A stretch of 64,000 bases of DNA, taken from Candidatus Omnitrophota bacterium (lineage in GTDB: Bacteria; Omnitrophota; Omnitrophia; Omnitrophales; Aquincolibacteriaceae). This document shows, one piece after another, positions 19,691-30,038 of this stretch. Position numbers and translations under genes: made by a program. Position 1 is the stretch's first letter. Each line of letters begins with the position of its first letter. The notes beneath the pieces are model-generated. The model saw only the letters and a program-made list of their open reading frames with translations. It searched no databases and was not told the origin of the DNA. The stretch lies in assembly GCA_022711115.1 (NCBI GenBank), contig JAKLFP010000001.1:69183-133182 (forward strand), read 5' to 3'.

Positions 19691-20002
19691 CTATTTCAGT
19701 TTGTTTGTCGGTTTGATCGGAGCCTCATCCTTCGCGCGAGGCGTTACTTTGGGATTATTGATAAACTGAGGCGCTAACTCCGCATTGATCTTGGCCCAAG
19801 CCGGATCCATATCTTCGGACTCTACAATGGAACCAACCGGACATTCCGCCGCACAAGCACCGCAAGAAATACAAGTCACCGGATCGATCACCATAAAGTC
19901 TTTCCCCTGATAAGTTCCGGGATGGATCGCTTCAGTCGGACACACGGTCGCGCATAGTCCATAACGCTCTCCGTGGCATTTCTCCGTAATAACATAAGCC
20001 AT
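19691..20002 (-). CDS. 2x[4Fe-4S] ferredoxin
   Basis: Two Cys clusters (CATVCPTEAI and CISCGACAAECP). The internal ATG at 20002 is preceded by GGAGAA. The longer track ORF to 20077 is unlikely. Confidence 0.75.
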   Translation of the reverse strand: MAYVITEKCHGERYGLCATVCPTEAIHPGTYQGKDFMVIDPVTCISCGACAAECPVGSIVESEDMDPAWAKINAELAPQFINNPKVTPRAKDEAPIKPTNKLK

Positions 20003-20154
20003 GGTTCTGGTTCTCCTTTTTAAATGAGCATACAACTTAAAACAAAATAAGTTGTTAATGCGAATTGAATCCGCCAACGTCTTGTAGCGGACATTTCTCT
20101 TTTGATGTTGGTTAGAAAGCGGTGTATTTTAGCTTCTGCTTCTCCTATCGTCAA

Positions 20155-21003
20155 TCAAGACCTTGTCATCCCTTCGAGACGGGCAATGCGGTCTTCAAGC
20201 GGCGGATGCGTACTGAAAAGGGTATCCCAACCTTTACCGGAAAGCGGGTTGATTATAAAAAGATGCGCCGTCGCCGGTTGTGGATCACGTAATGGAAGTT
20301 TTTTCGATGCAACCTCGAGTCTTTTAAGCGCGCTCGCCAGATAAAGCGGACTTTCACTTAGCTGGGCACCTCGCTCATCGGCACCGTACTCCCTGGATCG
20401 AGAGATCGCGAGTTGAATCAGCATTGCCACAATCGGCATGATGATCGAAATCATAAGCAGGGCCAGCGGATGACCTTTTCCGCGATCATCCCGTTCTCCG
20501 CCCCAGAAAAATGACCATCGGAACATCGAGGCAATCATGCTTAAAACCCCGGCAAGTGTCGCGACAACGGAAGAAATCAAAATGTCTCGGTTTAGGATAT
20601 GGGACATTTCGTGGGCCAGCACCCCTTCCAGTTCCTCCTTATTCAGAAGCTTGACAATCCCGTGCGTCACCGCAATCACGGCATGTCCCGGGCCACGCCC
20701 CGTGGCGAAGGCATTCGCGGATGCCGACGGAATAAGGTAAAGACGAGGCATCGGTATCCCGGCTTTTTCCGAAAGTTTTGACAAAATAGAAAAAACCTCC
20801 GGAGCTTCGGCTTCCGTAAGGGGTTGCGCCCGATGCATCGCAAGCACGATCTTGTCGCTGAACCACCAGGATCCAAAATTCATGAGACACGCGAATACAA
20901 ATGCGAAAACCATACCGTTTTGTCCCCCTAAAAAGGCTCCGCACCAGACAACTAGCATGGTTAATGTGACAAGAAGAAACGTTGTTTTGACAAAATTGCT
21001 CAT
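20155..21003 (-). CDS. htpX: M48 zinc metalloprotease HtpX
   Basis: HEMSHI zinc motif and two N-terminal TM helices. The start was chosen at the MSNFVKTTF Met to match the family N-terminus. Confidence 0.8.
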   Translation of the reverse strand: MSNFVKTTFLLVTLTMLVVWCGAFLGGQNGMVFAFVFACLMNFGSWWFSDKIVLAMHRAQPLTEAEAPEVFSILSKLSEKAGIPMPRLYLIPSASANAFATGRGPGHAVIAVTHGIVKLLNKEELEGVLAHEMSHILNRDILISSVVATLAGVLSMIASMFRWSFFWGGERDDRGKGHPLALLMISIIMPIVAMLIQLAISRSREYGADERGAQLSESPLYLASALKRLEVASKKLPLRDPQPATAHLFIINPLSGKGWDTLFSTHPPLEDRIARLEGMTRS

Positions 21004-21110
21004 TTTTTTATGCCCTTTCCGCTGCATTCTCTCTTTTAAAAAATGACAGCAATTCTGATGCCAAATCTCGAAATTTGATCGAGTGTATTGAACTGACAAG
21101 ATGGGATTTT

Positions 21111-21542
21111 TCATTCACCGATCATCTGAACAACAACGTCACGTTTCCTCGGCCGATTATCAAAATCCGCAAGAACCACCTGTTGCCAAGTCCCCAAAGT
21201 GAGTTCCCCGTTTTCAAACGGAATCACGATTGAAGGCCCCTGGAGAAGAGCTCGGAGGTGGCTGAAACCGTTGGCATCGCCCCATGTCGCATCGTGCGCA
21301 TATCCCGCCTTCCGAGGAATAAGTTTTTCATAAAGCATCCTCACGTCCTTCACCAAACCTGGTTCATATTCGAAAGTCGTGATCGCAGCGGTTGACCCCA
21401 CGACAAAGACGGTAAGGCTGCCATGCTTCAGACCGGACTTTGCCAAAATATCCGCGACCTTCGGTGTGATATCAATAAGATCCGGATCGCCTTTTGTATC
21501 GATTGAGAGATGTTTCGTTATTATTTTCATATCTAAAATCAA
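21111..21542 (-). CDS. YjbQ/UPF0047 family protein (secondary thiamine-phosphate synthase-like)
   Basis: 143 aa and collinear with the YjbQ family (VTHLSIDTKGDP...GSLTVFVVGSTAAITTFE...THLRA). Its 5' end overlaps the HAD gene stop by 4 nt. Confidence 0.8.
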   Translation of the reverse strand: MILDMKIITKHLSIDTKGDPDLIDITPKVADILAKSGLKHGSLTVFVVGSTAAITTFEYEPGLVKDVRMLYEKLIPRKAGYAHDATWGDANGFSHLRALLQGPSIVIPFENGELTLGTWQQVVLADFDNRPRKRDVVVQMIGE

Positions 21543-22165
21543 ACACCCTTGATGCCAAGTCTGCGAAGGTCTCGAACAAGCTGTAAACGGTTTTTAAAAT
21601 GGATGGCATGCATGCCGGCCTTTCTGGCACCGCGAATAAAACTTTTCATATCATCGATAAAAACAGTCTGTTCCGGCCTAAGCCCGATTTTGCTGAGAAC
21701 ACGCCTGTAAATCCTGAGTTCGGGTTTGCGCGCCCTTACCTCATGTGAGGGGAATTTCTTTTTGAAATGCCGAAGCAATTTGAAATGTTTTTTGATGTAG
21801 GTAAAGTGCATGAGATTGGTATTGGAAATAAGGTAAAGGGGGTAATACTTTTTAAGCCGCACAAGCAACCGCTCCATACCGGGATTTTCCCAGAAGATAT
21901 CGTTCCAGTATTGTTTAAAGAGTTTGTAGGGAATAGGCTTTTTAAAAACACGGCATGCCGCACGATAAAATTCCATGGTCGAGATCTCGCCGCGGGTATA
22001 GGCCTGCTCGAATTTCGAGAGAAAAAAATGTGCCCAAATCCGGATTTGAGAAATACCGCCCGCCTTGGAGAAACGGCGGGCCGCGCGTTTCACGTCATAA
22101 TTCACAAGCACATTGCCGAGATCGAAGATCACGGCTTTGATTTTTGTCGAATCGGATGGATTCAT
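21539..22165 (-). CDS. HAD-superfamily hydrolase (subfamily IA)
   Basis: N-terminal DxG motif (AVIFDLGNVLV) and the HAD motifs II-IV pattern. Confidence 0.75.
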   Translation of the reverse strand: MNPSDSTKIKAVIFDLGNVLVNYDVKRAARRFSKAGGISQIRIWAHFFLSKFEQAYTRGEISTMEFYRAACRVFKKPIPYKLFKQYWNDIFWENPGMERLLVRLKKYYPLYLISNTNLMHFTYIKKHFKLLRHFKKKFPSHEVRARKPELRIYRRVLSKIGLRPEQTVFIDDMKSFIRGARKAGMHAIHFKNRLQLVRDLRRLGIKGV

Positions 22166-22195
22166 AAAAAATATTTTACCATTATTTAAGCGGCA

Positions 22196-23359
22196 TTAAA
22201 AAACCCATTTACACAATGCCGCGCAAAGCAATCCGCAATAAGTGCCGATCACATTGCCGAATATTCCGAGCAAAAGGCCGACCGGCGCGAGCGCGGGTTC
22301 ATAAATCGCGGCCACCACAGGCGCGGATGCAGGCCCACCGATATTCGCTTGGCTCGCTGCCGCGACAAGGCAAAGCGGTGTTCGTGTCAGGCGCGACGCG
22401 ATCAAAAGAAAAACAGCATGAATCAAAATCCATGAAAACCCGGCAATGATCAAAACCGGCGCGGACAAAATGCCGGCAAGATTTGCCCGGGCTCCGATGG
22501 AAGTAAGTACAAAATAAAGAAGGACGTATCCGATCCGGGACGCACCCCAATTTTCCAGTTTTTTCATTGGTGTCAGGGACAAGAGAATCCCGGTGGTGGA
22601 AGCGACCAGAATCAGTCCTGTATTTTGAGGAACATGCACCAGCGCGTCCAACCCCATCGCTAATTGATGGGATACAAAAGCACCTAAAAATCCTATGCTT
22701 AAAACTGCAAGGATATGTTCTGCTCTCAATATTGTTGAATCAGAAACCGGCGCCACGGAGACTTTTTGGTGAAATGCTTTGACTGCAAAAAGATCTGAAT
22801 GATTCCAAGCATCATAGGTTTTCTGAAAACCCGCCAGTAGAATAAGAATACCCATCCAAGAGTATGCCACAATTGTATCTACAACCACCATCGGCAAAAA
22901 AACCGAATCCGGCGTGTTGATGGCTTCTTTGACCGCAAGCATATTCGCACTGCCACCTGTCCAGGACGCCGCAAGTACGGCAAAGCCCGACCATGCGTCC
23001 GCAGGAAGCCATGGTTTGAATAGAAATAAAACAAACGGTGCGCCAAGAATCACCCCTAGCGTCCCTACAAGCATCATACCCATGGCATGCTTTCCGAGTT
23101 TGAGAATCGCTTTCAGATCCGCGGAAATCAAAAGAAGAATCAAACTTGCGGGAAGGACATAAGTCCCGATCTTGGGATAAAGAGGACTCTGTTGGGGAAT
23201 AACATTCAGCCCGGAAAATATCATGGGTAAAAAATAGATCCAGAACATGGATGGCGGGAATCGAAAGAATTTTTTTGTGCGAGCATGGCCGGCCAGAAAA
23301 AGAACAAGTGTCTCAATAAAAATAAGAATCGCAAGAATTCCTGATGAGCTTTGAATCAT
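22196..23359 (-). CDS. Integral membrane protein, DUF819-like
   Basis: About 11 predicted TM helices. The start was moved to the internal ATG at 23359 to avoid a 155-nt overlap with the upstream gene. Confidence 0.45.
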   Translation of the reverse strand: MIQSSSGILAILIFIETLVLFLAGHARTKKFFRFPPSMFWIYFLPMIFSGLNVIPQQSPLYPKIGTYVLPASLILLLISADLKAILKLGKHAMGMMLVGTLGVILGAPFVLFLFKPWLPADAWSGFAVLAASWTGGSANMLAVKEAINTPDSVFLPMVVVDTIVAYSWMGILILLAGFQKTYDAWNHSDLFAVKAFHQKVSVAPVSDSTILRAEHILAVLSIGFLGAFVSHQLAMGLDALVHVPQNTGLILVASTTGILLSLTPMKKLENWGASRIGYVLLYFVLTSIGARANLAGILSAPVLIIAGFSWILIHAVFLLIASRLTRTPLCLVAAASQANIGGPASAPVVAAIYEPALAPVGLLLGIFGNVIGTYCGLLCAALCKWVF

Positions 23360-23369
23360 TTGAACCTTT

Positions 23370-24476
23370 TCAACCGCGTAGGTTGACAGGATTTTGAGGT
23401 GTAACTCCAATACCGGCTTTGACCCCGCAAAGGTCATAAACACCGGCTTTGTTGACATAGGAGCCACGCGTGATCGTTTGAGCCATGAAGAAAGGCGCGT
23501 CAAGATCAATAAAATCAAAACCACCCAGTCCTGCGGCTAAGTGAGCGGAGGCCGTTGTGGCAAGCGGAGTCTCCATCATGCCGCCGATCATTAATTGGAT
23601 ATGATGTTGCTGCGCCATCCGGGCAATCTCATAAGCTTCCAAGATACCGGTCTTCATGTATTTGATATTGATAGCGCCCGCGGCTTTTTCCTTGATAAGC
23701 CGTTTCGCCTCCTCAAACGAAGAAACACTTTCGTCCGCGCAGACAAGAATCTTGGTGTTACGCGTTACGTTTTTGAGACCTTCCCAATCCTCTTTCGGGA
23801 CTGGTTGTTCGATCAATGCGGGTGTGATCTTGAGCTTGTCCAGTTCTTTTAGAAATTTCAGCGTCTGAACTGCCGTGAATCCCTGGTTGGCATCCAGATA
23901 GATCGGACACCGCTTGGCAAGTTTTGAAACAGCGGCTACACGCCTCAGATCCATATCAAAATTTCCGCCGACTTTCACCTTTAAGGAACAGATACCTCGC
24001 TTTAAAATCTCTCGCGCTGCATTCTCCGCATCGTTGACGTCTCCTAAGATAACGGTCATGTCGGTCCGGATTTTTCTCACCCGGTTGCCAAAAGCTCGCC
24101 AGAGAGGCATTTTTTTGACGCGTGTCATGGCATCTAACAAGGCCATTTCCAAAGCTGCCAAAGCGCATTTGTTCCCTGCAAACCTTTCCTTAAATTTTTC
24201 GGTCAATGACGGAAATGCGGCAATGCTATGATCCTGAACTTCCCAAGCAGCTTCCTTCAAATGTTTGAGGGTTACCTCGATCGTCTCGCCCGTAATATGC
24301 GTCGCAACCGCTGCTTCGCCAAAGCCTTGCGTGCCGTTCGTCAATTCGACCCTAAAAAGGACATTTGCAAGGAAATCGTGCTGGCCTTTGGCCGTGCGAA
24401 AAGGCGTTGACAGCTTCGCCCGCCAGATCCTTACATCTGCTTTTTTAATAAAAATAGAATGCATCTTCTTTCCCAT
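23370..24476 (-). CDS. Enolase-superfamily enzyme, dipeptide epimerase / muconate-lactonizing enzyme family
   Basis: KVKVG, DANQGFT, IEQP and CADES metal-binding and catalytic motifs of the MR/MLE/dipeptide epimerase group. Confidence 0.75.
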   Translation of the reverse strand: MGKKMHSIFIKKADVRIWRAKLSTPFRTAKGQHDFLANVLFRVELTNGTQGFGEAAVATHITGETIEVTLKHLKEAAWEVQDHSIAAFPSLTEKFKERFAGNKCALAALEMALLDAMTRVKKMPLWRAFGNRVRKIRTDMTVILGDVNDAENAAREILKRGICSLKVKVGGNFDMDLRRVAAVSKLAKRCPIYLDANQGFTAVQTLKFLKELDKLKITPALIEQPVPKEDWEGLKNVTRNTKILVCADESVSSFEEAKRLIKEKAAGAINIKYMKTGILEAYEIARMAQQHHIQLMIGGMMETPLATTASAHLAAGLGGFDFIDLDAPFFMAQTITRGSYVNKAGVYDLCGVKAGIGVTPQNPVNLRG

Positions 24477-24604
24477 GGTTCCCGGTTAGCATTGTGCAAT
24501 GATTGAATTTAAGGGCTAGCGATACCCACACTGTCCACCGATCAAGACAAATTCAAGACAGCACTGGCCTTCATTTTTGCTTCGAGTTATACTAACGTAA
24601 CTTT

Positions 24605-25393
24605 ATGAAAATGCCATCGCTGAATTTTAAATCGATCAAAATACAACTCAATTTATTTCTTGCCGCTTTCGCATGCTTTTTATTCCTTAAAAAACCGACG
24701 TTTTCTTTTGCCTCGGCTTTGCTTTTAGCCGTGATTTTTTCCGTGGCGTTGGAAAGCATCCTTCTTTTCCTGAAAACAAAAAAAATCCAGATCTCCTCGA
24801 GCGCGATAACTTCCGGCCTCATCATCGGCCTCGTTTTTTCAGACGGATTTCCGTGGTGGATGTTTTTAGCCATAGCTTTTTTCACGATGGTGTCAAAACG
24901 CATTTTCCGTTTTCGCGGAAAGAACCTTTTAAATCCGGCCGCTTTTGGTATTTTTCTTGCTGTTTTTTTGTTAAACGGATACACAGCGTGGAAAGGTGCT
25001 TATCTTTGGTATATTTTGATTCCGATTGGGATTTATATCGTTTCCAAGATCAAAAAAACGGAATTGATCCTAAGCTATTTCATCACTTCGCTCGCCCTTT
25101 TTATCCCTCAGACCCTTTTGCAACAAGGCTCTCTTTGGGATATCCCCGGCTATTTTAATTATTTTTTTATTTTTATTATGTTCATCGAACCTAAAACCAC
25201 ACCGGCCAGATTCTGGCCAAAAATCCTTTTTGGAACCGGCGTCGCACTGTGTGTTTTTATATTAACCCATATCGGCTTCCGCTATGAGCCGGAACTTTTC
25301 GCACTTCTCTTGTTCAACCTTTTTGTCCCATGGCTCGATAAAATTCCAAATTGGAAAATACCATCCAAACAACTCAAAGGAGTACTCTCATGA
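24605..25393 (+). CDS. Polytopic membrane protein of unknown function (weak NqrB/RnfD-like motif)
   Basis: 6-8 TM helices. An FIMFIEPKTTP segment is reminiscent of the RnfD/NqrB FxxxDPxT motif, but the protein is short and lacks the FMN-Thr site. Confidence 0.35.
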   Translation: MKMPSLNFKSIKIQLNLFLAAFACFLFLKKPTFSFASALLLAVIFSVALESILLFLKTKKIQISSSAITSGLIIGLVFSDGFPWWMFLAIAFFTMVSKRIFRFRGKNLLNPAAFGIFLAVFLLNGYTAWKGAYLWYILIPIGIYIVSKIKKTELILSYFITSLALFIPQTLLQQGSLWDIPGYFNYFFIFIMFIEPKTTPARFWPKILFGTGVALCVFILTHIGFRYEPELFALLLFNLFVPWLDKIPNWKIPSKQLKGVLS

Positions 25394-25737
25394 AGCTTCT
25401 CCGAATATTTCTTGCGCTCGTCATCACAATCCTTTTATGCGCTAAAAGTTATGCACACCCACCCTCAGTGATTAAGATCCAGTTTGACCCTGCCACCCAG
25501 ATCCTGAAAGCCGTGATCGAACATCAGGTGAGTAATCCTAAGACTCACTACATTGGAAAAGTGGATATTGGGCTGAACGGCAAGGAAGTGCAAACTTTGA
25601 CTTTTACGTCTCAAAAAGACCGTGCGTCTCAACTTGTGGAAATCAAAATGAATGGTGTGAAAAGCGGAGACATTCTTAGCGTGGAGGGATATTGTAATCT
25701 CAGCGGAAAATTGGTAGAGGAAATCAAAGTCTCCTGA
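25390..25737 (+). CDS. Small secreted protein of unknown function
   Basis: The ATG at 25390 gives MKLLRIFLALVITILLCAKSYA, a signal peptide. It overlaps the upstream stop by 4 nt. Confidence 0.4.
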   Translation: MKLLRIFLALVITILLCAKSYAHPPSVIKIQFDPATQILKAVIEHQVSNPKTHYIGKVDIGLNGKEVQTLTFTSQKDRASQLVEIKMNGVKSGDILSVEGYCNLSGKLVEEIKVS

Positions 25738-25771
25738 TTATGAATCAGAGAAACAATCTTTAATTCATTTT

Positions 25772-26971
25772 ATGAAAACAAAACCCTTAATCGGCAAAGC
25801 CGTCATCGCTCAATCCGGCGGATGCACCGCAGTCATCAATCAAAGTCTCGTTGGCGCTTTGGAAGCCGCCCGCAGAACCAGACAGATTACCCATGTCTGG
25901 GGGTCCTGGCATGGCATCGAAGGCATCCTAAATGATTCTTTTATTGATCTTAAAACTAAATCCCCACGCTTGATCCGCGATATCGCAAACTCCCCTTCTG
26001 CGGCACTCGGTTCTTCCCGTTACAAACTTAAAGAAGGCGAAGCATCGCGCGTGATCGCACAATTTAAAAAACACAATATCCGTTATTTTTTTATGATTGG
26101 CGGCAATGACACCGCAAGCACCTTGCTCCGAATTGCGAATGCTGCGGAAAAAGAAAGTTATGCCCTTAAAGTCATTCATATCCCAAAAACGATCGACAAT
26201 GACCTTATGGAAACCGACCATTGTCCGGGGTACGGATCCAACGCGCGTTTCGCCGCAATCACGACTCAGGAAGCCTCCCTCGATACAAAAGCCATGCAGC
26301 GCGTGGATCCCGTGAAGATCATCGAGCTCATGGGCAGAAATTCCGGATGGATTGTCGCCGCGTCCGCGCTTCTAAAAAAATCCGATGCCGACGCCCCGCA
26401 TATTCTGTTGATCCCGGAAGTGCCTTTCGAAGAGAGTAAATTCATTAAACAGGTCAAACAAACCCTTTCACGTATCGGCTACTGCATCATCGTGATCTCC
26501 GAAACCATTCGCGATGCACAGGGCAACCGCATTGGTTCCAAAACGAACGGCATCACCTCGGACCCATTCGGCCATCAATATGTGGAAGGCACGGCGGCAC
26601 GGCTAGCGAGTATGATCGAAAAACATTTGAGCATCCGCGCGCGTTTTGACAAGCCGGGCACAATCCAGCGCATGTCCATGGCTTATATTTCCGCAACAGA
26701 CCAACAAGAAGCTTTTCAGGCCGGCATTCACGCCGTAAAGTGGTCCCTAAAAGGAATGTCGAAGGTGATGGTAGGTTTCAAAAGAAAACCGGGGAAAAAA
26801 TACGCGATAAGCTATGAGCCGGTACCGCTTGAAAAGATCCCGAATCAAGAAAGATATTTACCTGAGGAATTTTTTGATGCAGAAAAGGGAATGATTAGAT
26901 CCGCCTTTAAAAGATACGCACTCCCTCTTCTTGGAAAAGCTATTAAGTCATTCGCTGCTTTAAAATCCTGA
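25772..26971 (+). CDS. Phosphofructokinase (PFK_A family, ~400-aa class, possibly PPi-dependent)
   Basis: QSGGCTAVINQS, MIGGNDT, PKTIDNDL and MGRNSGWI motifs. Confidence 0.8.
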   Translation: MKTKPLIGKAVIAQSGGCTAVINQSLVGALEAARRTRQITHVWGSWHGIEGILNDSFIDLKTKSPRLIRDIANSPSAALGSSRYKLKEGEASRVIAQFKKHNIRYFFMIGGNDTASTLLRIANAAEKESYALKVIHIPKTIDNDLMETDHCPGYGSNARFAAITTQEASLDTKAMQRVDPVKIIELMGRNSGWIVAASALLKKSDADAPHILLIPEVPFEESKFIKQVKQTLSRIGYCIIVISETIRDAQGNRIGSKTNGITSDPFGHQYVEGTAARLASMIEKHLSIRARFDKPGTIQRMSMAYISATDQQEAFQAGIHAVKWSLKGMSKVMVGFKRKPGKKYAISYEPVPLEKIPNQERYLPEEFFDAEKGMIRSAFKRYALPLLGKAIKSFAALKS

Positions 26972-26975
26972 CATT

Positions 26976-27989
26976 CTATTTAGACTTCTTCATGTGCAAG
27001 GTACGAACCGTCATTTCTTCGGTCGATGAAGAGATCTTTTTCTTCTGAACTGGTCCTTCCGTCACGGTCACATGACCATCCCCGAAAATTTTTAGCGTCT
27101 TCTGCATGGGATTTCCTTTCAGACGCACTGAGAACGAAATTTCCATATAAGTATCAGCAGGTGCCGATTTTGAAAAATGGAAAGATCCCATGATCTTTTT
27201 GTCGCGGCGTAAAGCGGCTATTGTTTCCTCTGCGGTCAGCCGACCATCCAAATTCGCATATTGCGCGATATACTTGCGGGCCCATTCAACGGAAATACTG
27301 CTGTCTTCCCGAAAGATAGAACCCGACCGGAAAGTCACATTCGCCGGGACATCCCCTTCCTTGGGATAGACGATTCGAAGAATCGCCATCGCGCCGTCGC
27401 GATTCATCACGGTATAAGTGCTCACTTGGGAACCATCCCGCCGTTTATTGACGGTCAATTCGCCACTGGGGACATTCCAGGCATCCGGCGAGGCCATCGA
27501 CTGCTCCAGAAAATCCACCATGCTTTGAACTTCTGCAGCCATTCGCTTTTGGGAGACGGCTTCATCTTTCAAATAAGCATCGATCATTCCCTGCAAGTTT
27601 TCTTTGATGGTGTTCCTGGACCATTCTTTTCCCGCTTGCAATTCTCTGTTAAGAAGCAGCTCACTACCTTTTTTCACATTGTCTGAGGATAGCTTTGAAC
27701 CGCTTCTACGACTCACACTACTGGATGGAGTTATATCTAAATTGTTTACTCCGTTATTGCCACTCATGAAGTCATCATTGGGATCAGACAAAATAGAACC
27801 CGATTCCTCATTGGGTGTTCCCATGGGAATACTTTCTTTTGAAGAAACCGGCTTTTTTTGATTTTCTTCTGCCTGGACGGTCGGTGAAGTGGATAGTGTT
27901 GACTTTGAACTCAGTGGATGCTCAGCATAGGCACACGAGCAAAATAACATCAACCATATAAAAAAATATAGCTTTAAATAGTAATCCAT
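26976..27989 (-). CDS. Secreted protein of unknown function with a Ser-rich N-terminal region
   Basis: Signal peptide, a low-complexity S/N-rich segment, then a ~200-aa globular region. No recognisable motif. Confidence 0.4.
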   Translation of the reverse strand: MDYYLKLYFFIWLMLFCSCAYAEHPLSSKSTLSTSPTVQAEENQKKPVSSKESIPMGTPNEESGSILSDPNDDFMSGNNGVNNLDITPSSSVSRRSGSKLSSDNVKKGSELLLNRELQAGKEWSRNTIKENLQGMIDAYLKDEAVSQKRMAAEVQSMVDFLEQSMASPDAWNVPSGELTVNKRRDGSQVSTYTVMNRDGAMAILRIVYPKEGDVPANVTFRSGSIFREDSSISVEWARKYIAQYANLDGRLTAEETIAALRRDKKIMGSFHFSKSAPADTYMEISFSVRLKGNPMQKTLKIFGDGHVTVTEGPVQKKKISSSTEEMTVRTLHMKKSK

Positions 27990-28171
27990 AACTTTATTCC
28001 TTTATTCCATAAATTCATAACTTTTTCAATCACATCCTTACATGAACCGTAGCATCCAGAAAGACTTTTGTCAAATCTATCAGAAGTCTCCAAACGATCC
28101 AGAAACTTATCATAAAATGTTTATTGGAAATGACTTATAACAAGGAAAGGAACGCTAAAAACATGCGGATT

Positions 28172-29119
28172 TTAACTCGAGGAATGCTTCTTTTCTTCTG
28201 ATTTGATCAATTGCGTAAGAAGCATATTCATGGGTACGGAAACCCTATATTGCTTTCCTAATTGAACAACCATACCATTCAACGCATCGATCTCTGTCTG
28301 TTTCCCTCGCTGAAGATCTTGCAACATCGAAGGGTGATGGTGATATGTCCTTGGCAGGAGCTTTCCGTAAAAAAGTTTTTTATAACCTTCTAACGACCTC
28401 GGCTGAAGAACAATCCGGGCTTTTTTTGCCACAGCATAGATCTCTTCCATCACCGCTTCCATAGTCGCACGCGTGGATTCATGTTCACCTAGATACCCAT
28501 AGTGAGTGCCTAAAAGGGATGCGAGAGGATTCAGCGCGGCATTATAGATTACCTTGGACCAGAGTAGACTTCGCACATCTTTAACGGACGTGGAAGGAAG
28601 TTTGGCATCATTAAAAATTTTGGCAATTTGTCTGATGCGCAGTGTCATTTTTTTTTGCAGAATCTCCCCCACCGCAGTCGGTGCCGCAATGACGGAGACA
28701 TGAATCTTTCCGGGTTTTTTCAGTTCAACTCCGAAAATAACACGGCCGGCCAAGACTTGCTTCCTCGGAAGAACATGGCAAAGTGCTTCAATGTTCCCGA
28801 GACCGTTCTGTAAAGAAACCACAAGCGTTTTCGGGCCAAGAACCTGTTTGATCAGACTCGCGGCTTTCGCTGTGCTGTAGGATTTGACTGTGCAGAGGAT
28901 AAGATCAAAGGGTTTGGATTTATCGAGATCATGCATGCAAGTAACAAGTTCTTTGAAACGGAACCGATGCCTGCCCCAAATGCCTGTGACAAAAAGACCG
29001 TTCTTCCGGATCGCTTCCATGTGATCTTCCCGGCCTAACAACGTCACTTCATGATTCTTAGAAAGAAATCCTCCAAACGCCGACCCGATCGCCCCCGCCC
29101 CGAATACCAGAATTTTCAT
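28172..29119 (-). CDS. panE: 2-dehydropantoate 2-reductase
   Basis: Rossmann motif MKILVFGAGAIGS and a ketopantoate reductase ApbA/PanE-like C-terminal domain. The start at 29119 sits 1 nt after the era stop. The longer track ORF was rejected. Confidence 0.7.
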   Translation of the reverse strand: MKILVFGAGAIGSAFGGFLSKNHEVTLLGREDHMEAIRKNGLFVTGIWGRHRFRFKELVTCMHDLDKSKPFDLILCTVKSYSTAKAASLIKQVLGPKTLVVSLQNGLGNIEALCHVLPRKQVLAGRVIFGVELKKPGKIHVSVIAAPTAVGEILQKKMTLRIRQIAKIFNDAKLPSTSVKDVRSLLWSKVIYNAALNPLASLLGTHYGYLGEHESTRATMEAVMEEIYAVAKKARIVLQPRSLEGYKKLFYGKLLPRTYHHHPSMLQDLQRGKQTEIDALNGMVVQLGKQYRVSVPMNMLLTQLIKSEEKKHSSS

Positions 29120-29120
29120 C

Positions 29121-30038
29121 TTAATTTCCACCGGCTTGGCGGGCTTCGTAAAGAAAACTCTTGTTAGATTTCCAGTCGGGAATGACCTTACACCAAAGTT
29201 CAAGGAAGATCTTTTTACCAAGAAAACTTTCGATGTCGCAGCGCGCGGCGGTCCCGATCTGTTTGATTTTTTCGCCGCCTTTACCGATCACGATCGCTTT
29301 TTGAGATTCGCGAGTTACCACGATCGTCGCACTGATCCGCGTTAATTTTCCGTCCTCCTTGAAAGAATCAATACGCACTGCGGCATCATACGGAAGTTCC
29401 GCGCCGAGATAATGGTAAAGCTTTTCACGGATCATTTCCTGAACATGAAATCGCACATTCTGATCGGAAAGTTGATCTTCCGGATAAATAAATTCGCCTT
29501 CGGGCAGATACTTTAAAGTTTGTTGAACCAGGGCTTTGACATTTTCTCCGGTTCTGGCGCTGATCGGAATGAATTCTTTGAAGGCATAGGCCTTTTGGAA
29601 TGAATCAAGGGCCGGGATCAGGTCATTTTTAGGGAAACGGTCGATCTGGTTCATGACAAGAAAGACGGGAATGAAAAGTTCCTCGACCCATTTCAGGATT
29701 GCACGCTCCGTATCACCCATAGGCTTCGGGTACGCCATCCAGTAAAGCAGGTCCGCATCCTCAAGCGATTGGCGGACCTCACGGATCATGCCTTCGCCCA
29801 AAGCATCCTTGGGCTGGTGCACCCCCGGCGTATCCAAAAAAATGATCTGCCCGGAATATTCGCTCTGGAACATCTGCCCGTCCTGGATCGTCAGAATCCC
29901 TCGGATCACATCGCGCGTGGTTTGCGGTTTGGCGGAGGTCCCGGCTAGTTTTTCGCCGACCAAATAATTGAGCAACGTAGACTTCCCGACATTCGGCCGC
30001 CCAATAATCGCAACATGACCTACTTTTGTTTTTGTCAT
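29121..30038 (-). CDS. era: GTPase Era
   Basis: G1 GRPNVGKST, G3 DTPG, NQID, and a C-terminal KH domain. Confidence 0.9.
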   Translation of the reverse strand: MTKTKVGHVAIIGRPNVGKSTLLNYLVGEKLAGTSAKPQTTRDVIRGILTIQDGQMFQSEYSGQIIFLDTPGVHQPKDALGEGMIREVRQSLEDADLLYWMAYPKPMGDTERAILKWVEELFIPVFLVMNQIDRFPKNDLIPALDSFQKAYAFKEFIPISARTGENVKALVQQTLKYLPEGEFIYPEDQLSDQNVRFHVQEMIREKLYHYLGAELPYDAAVRIDSFKEDGKLTRISATIVVTRESQKAIVIGKGGEKIKQIGTAARCDIESFLGKKIFLELWCKVIPDWKSNKSFLYEARQAGGN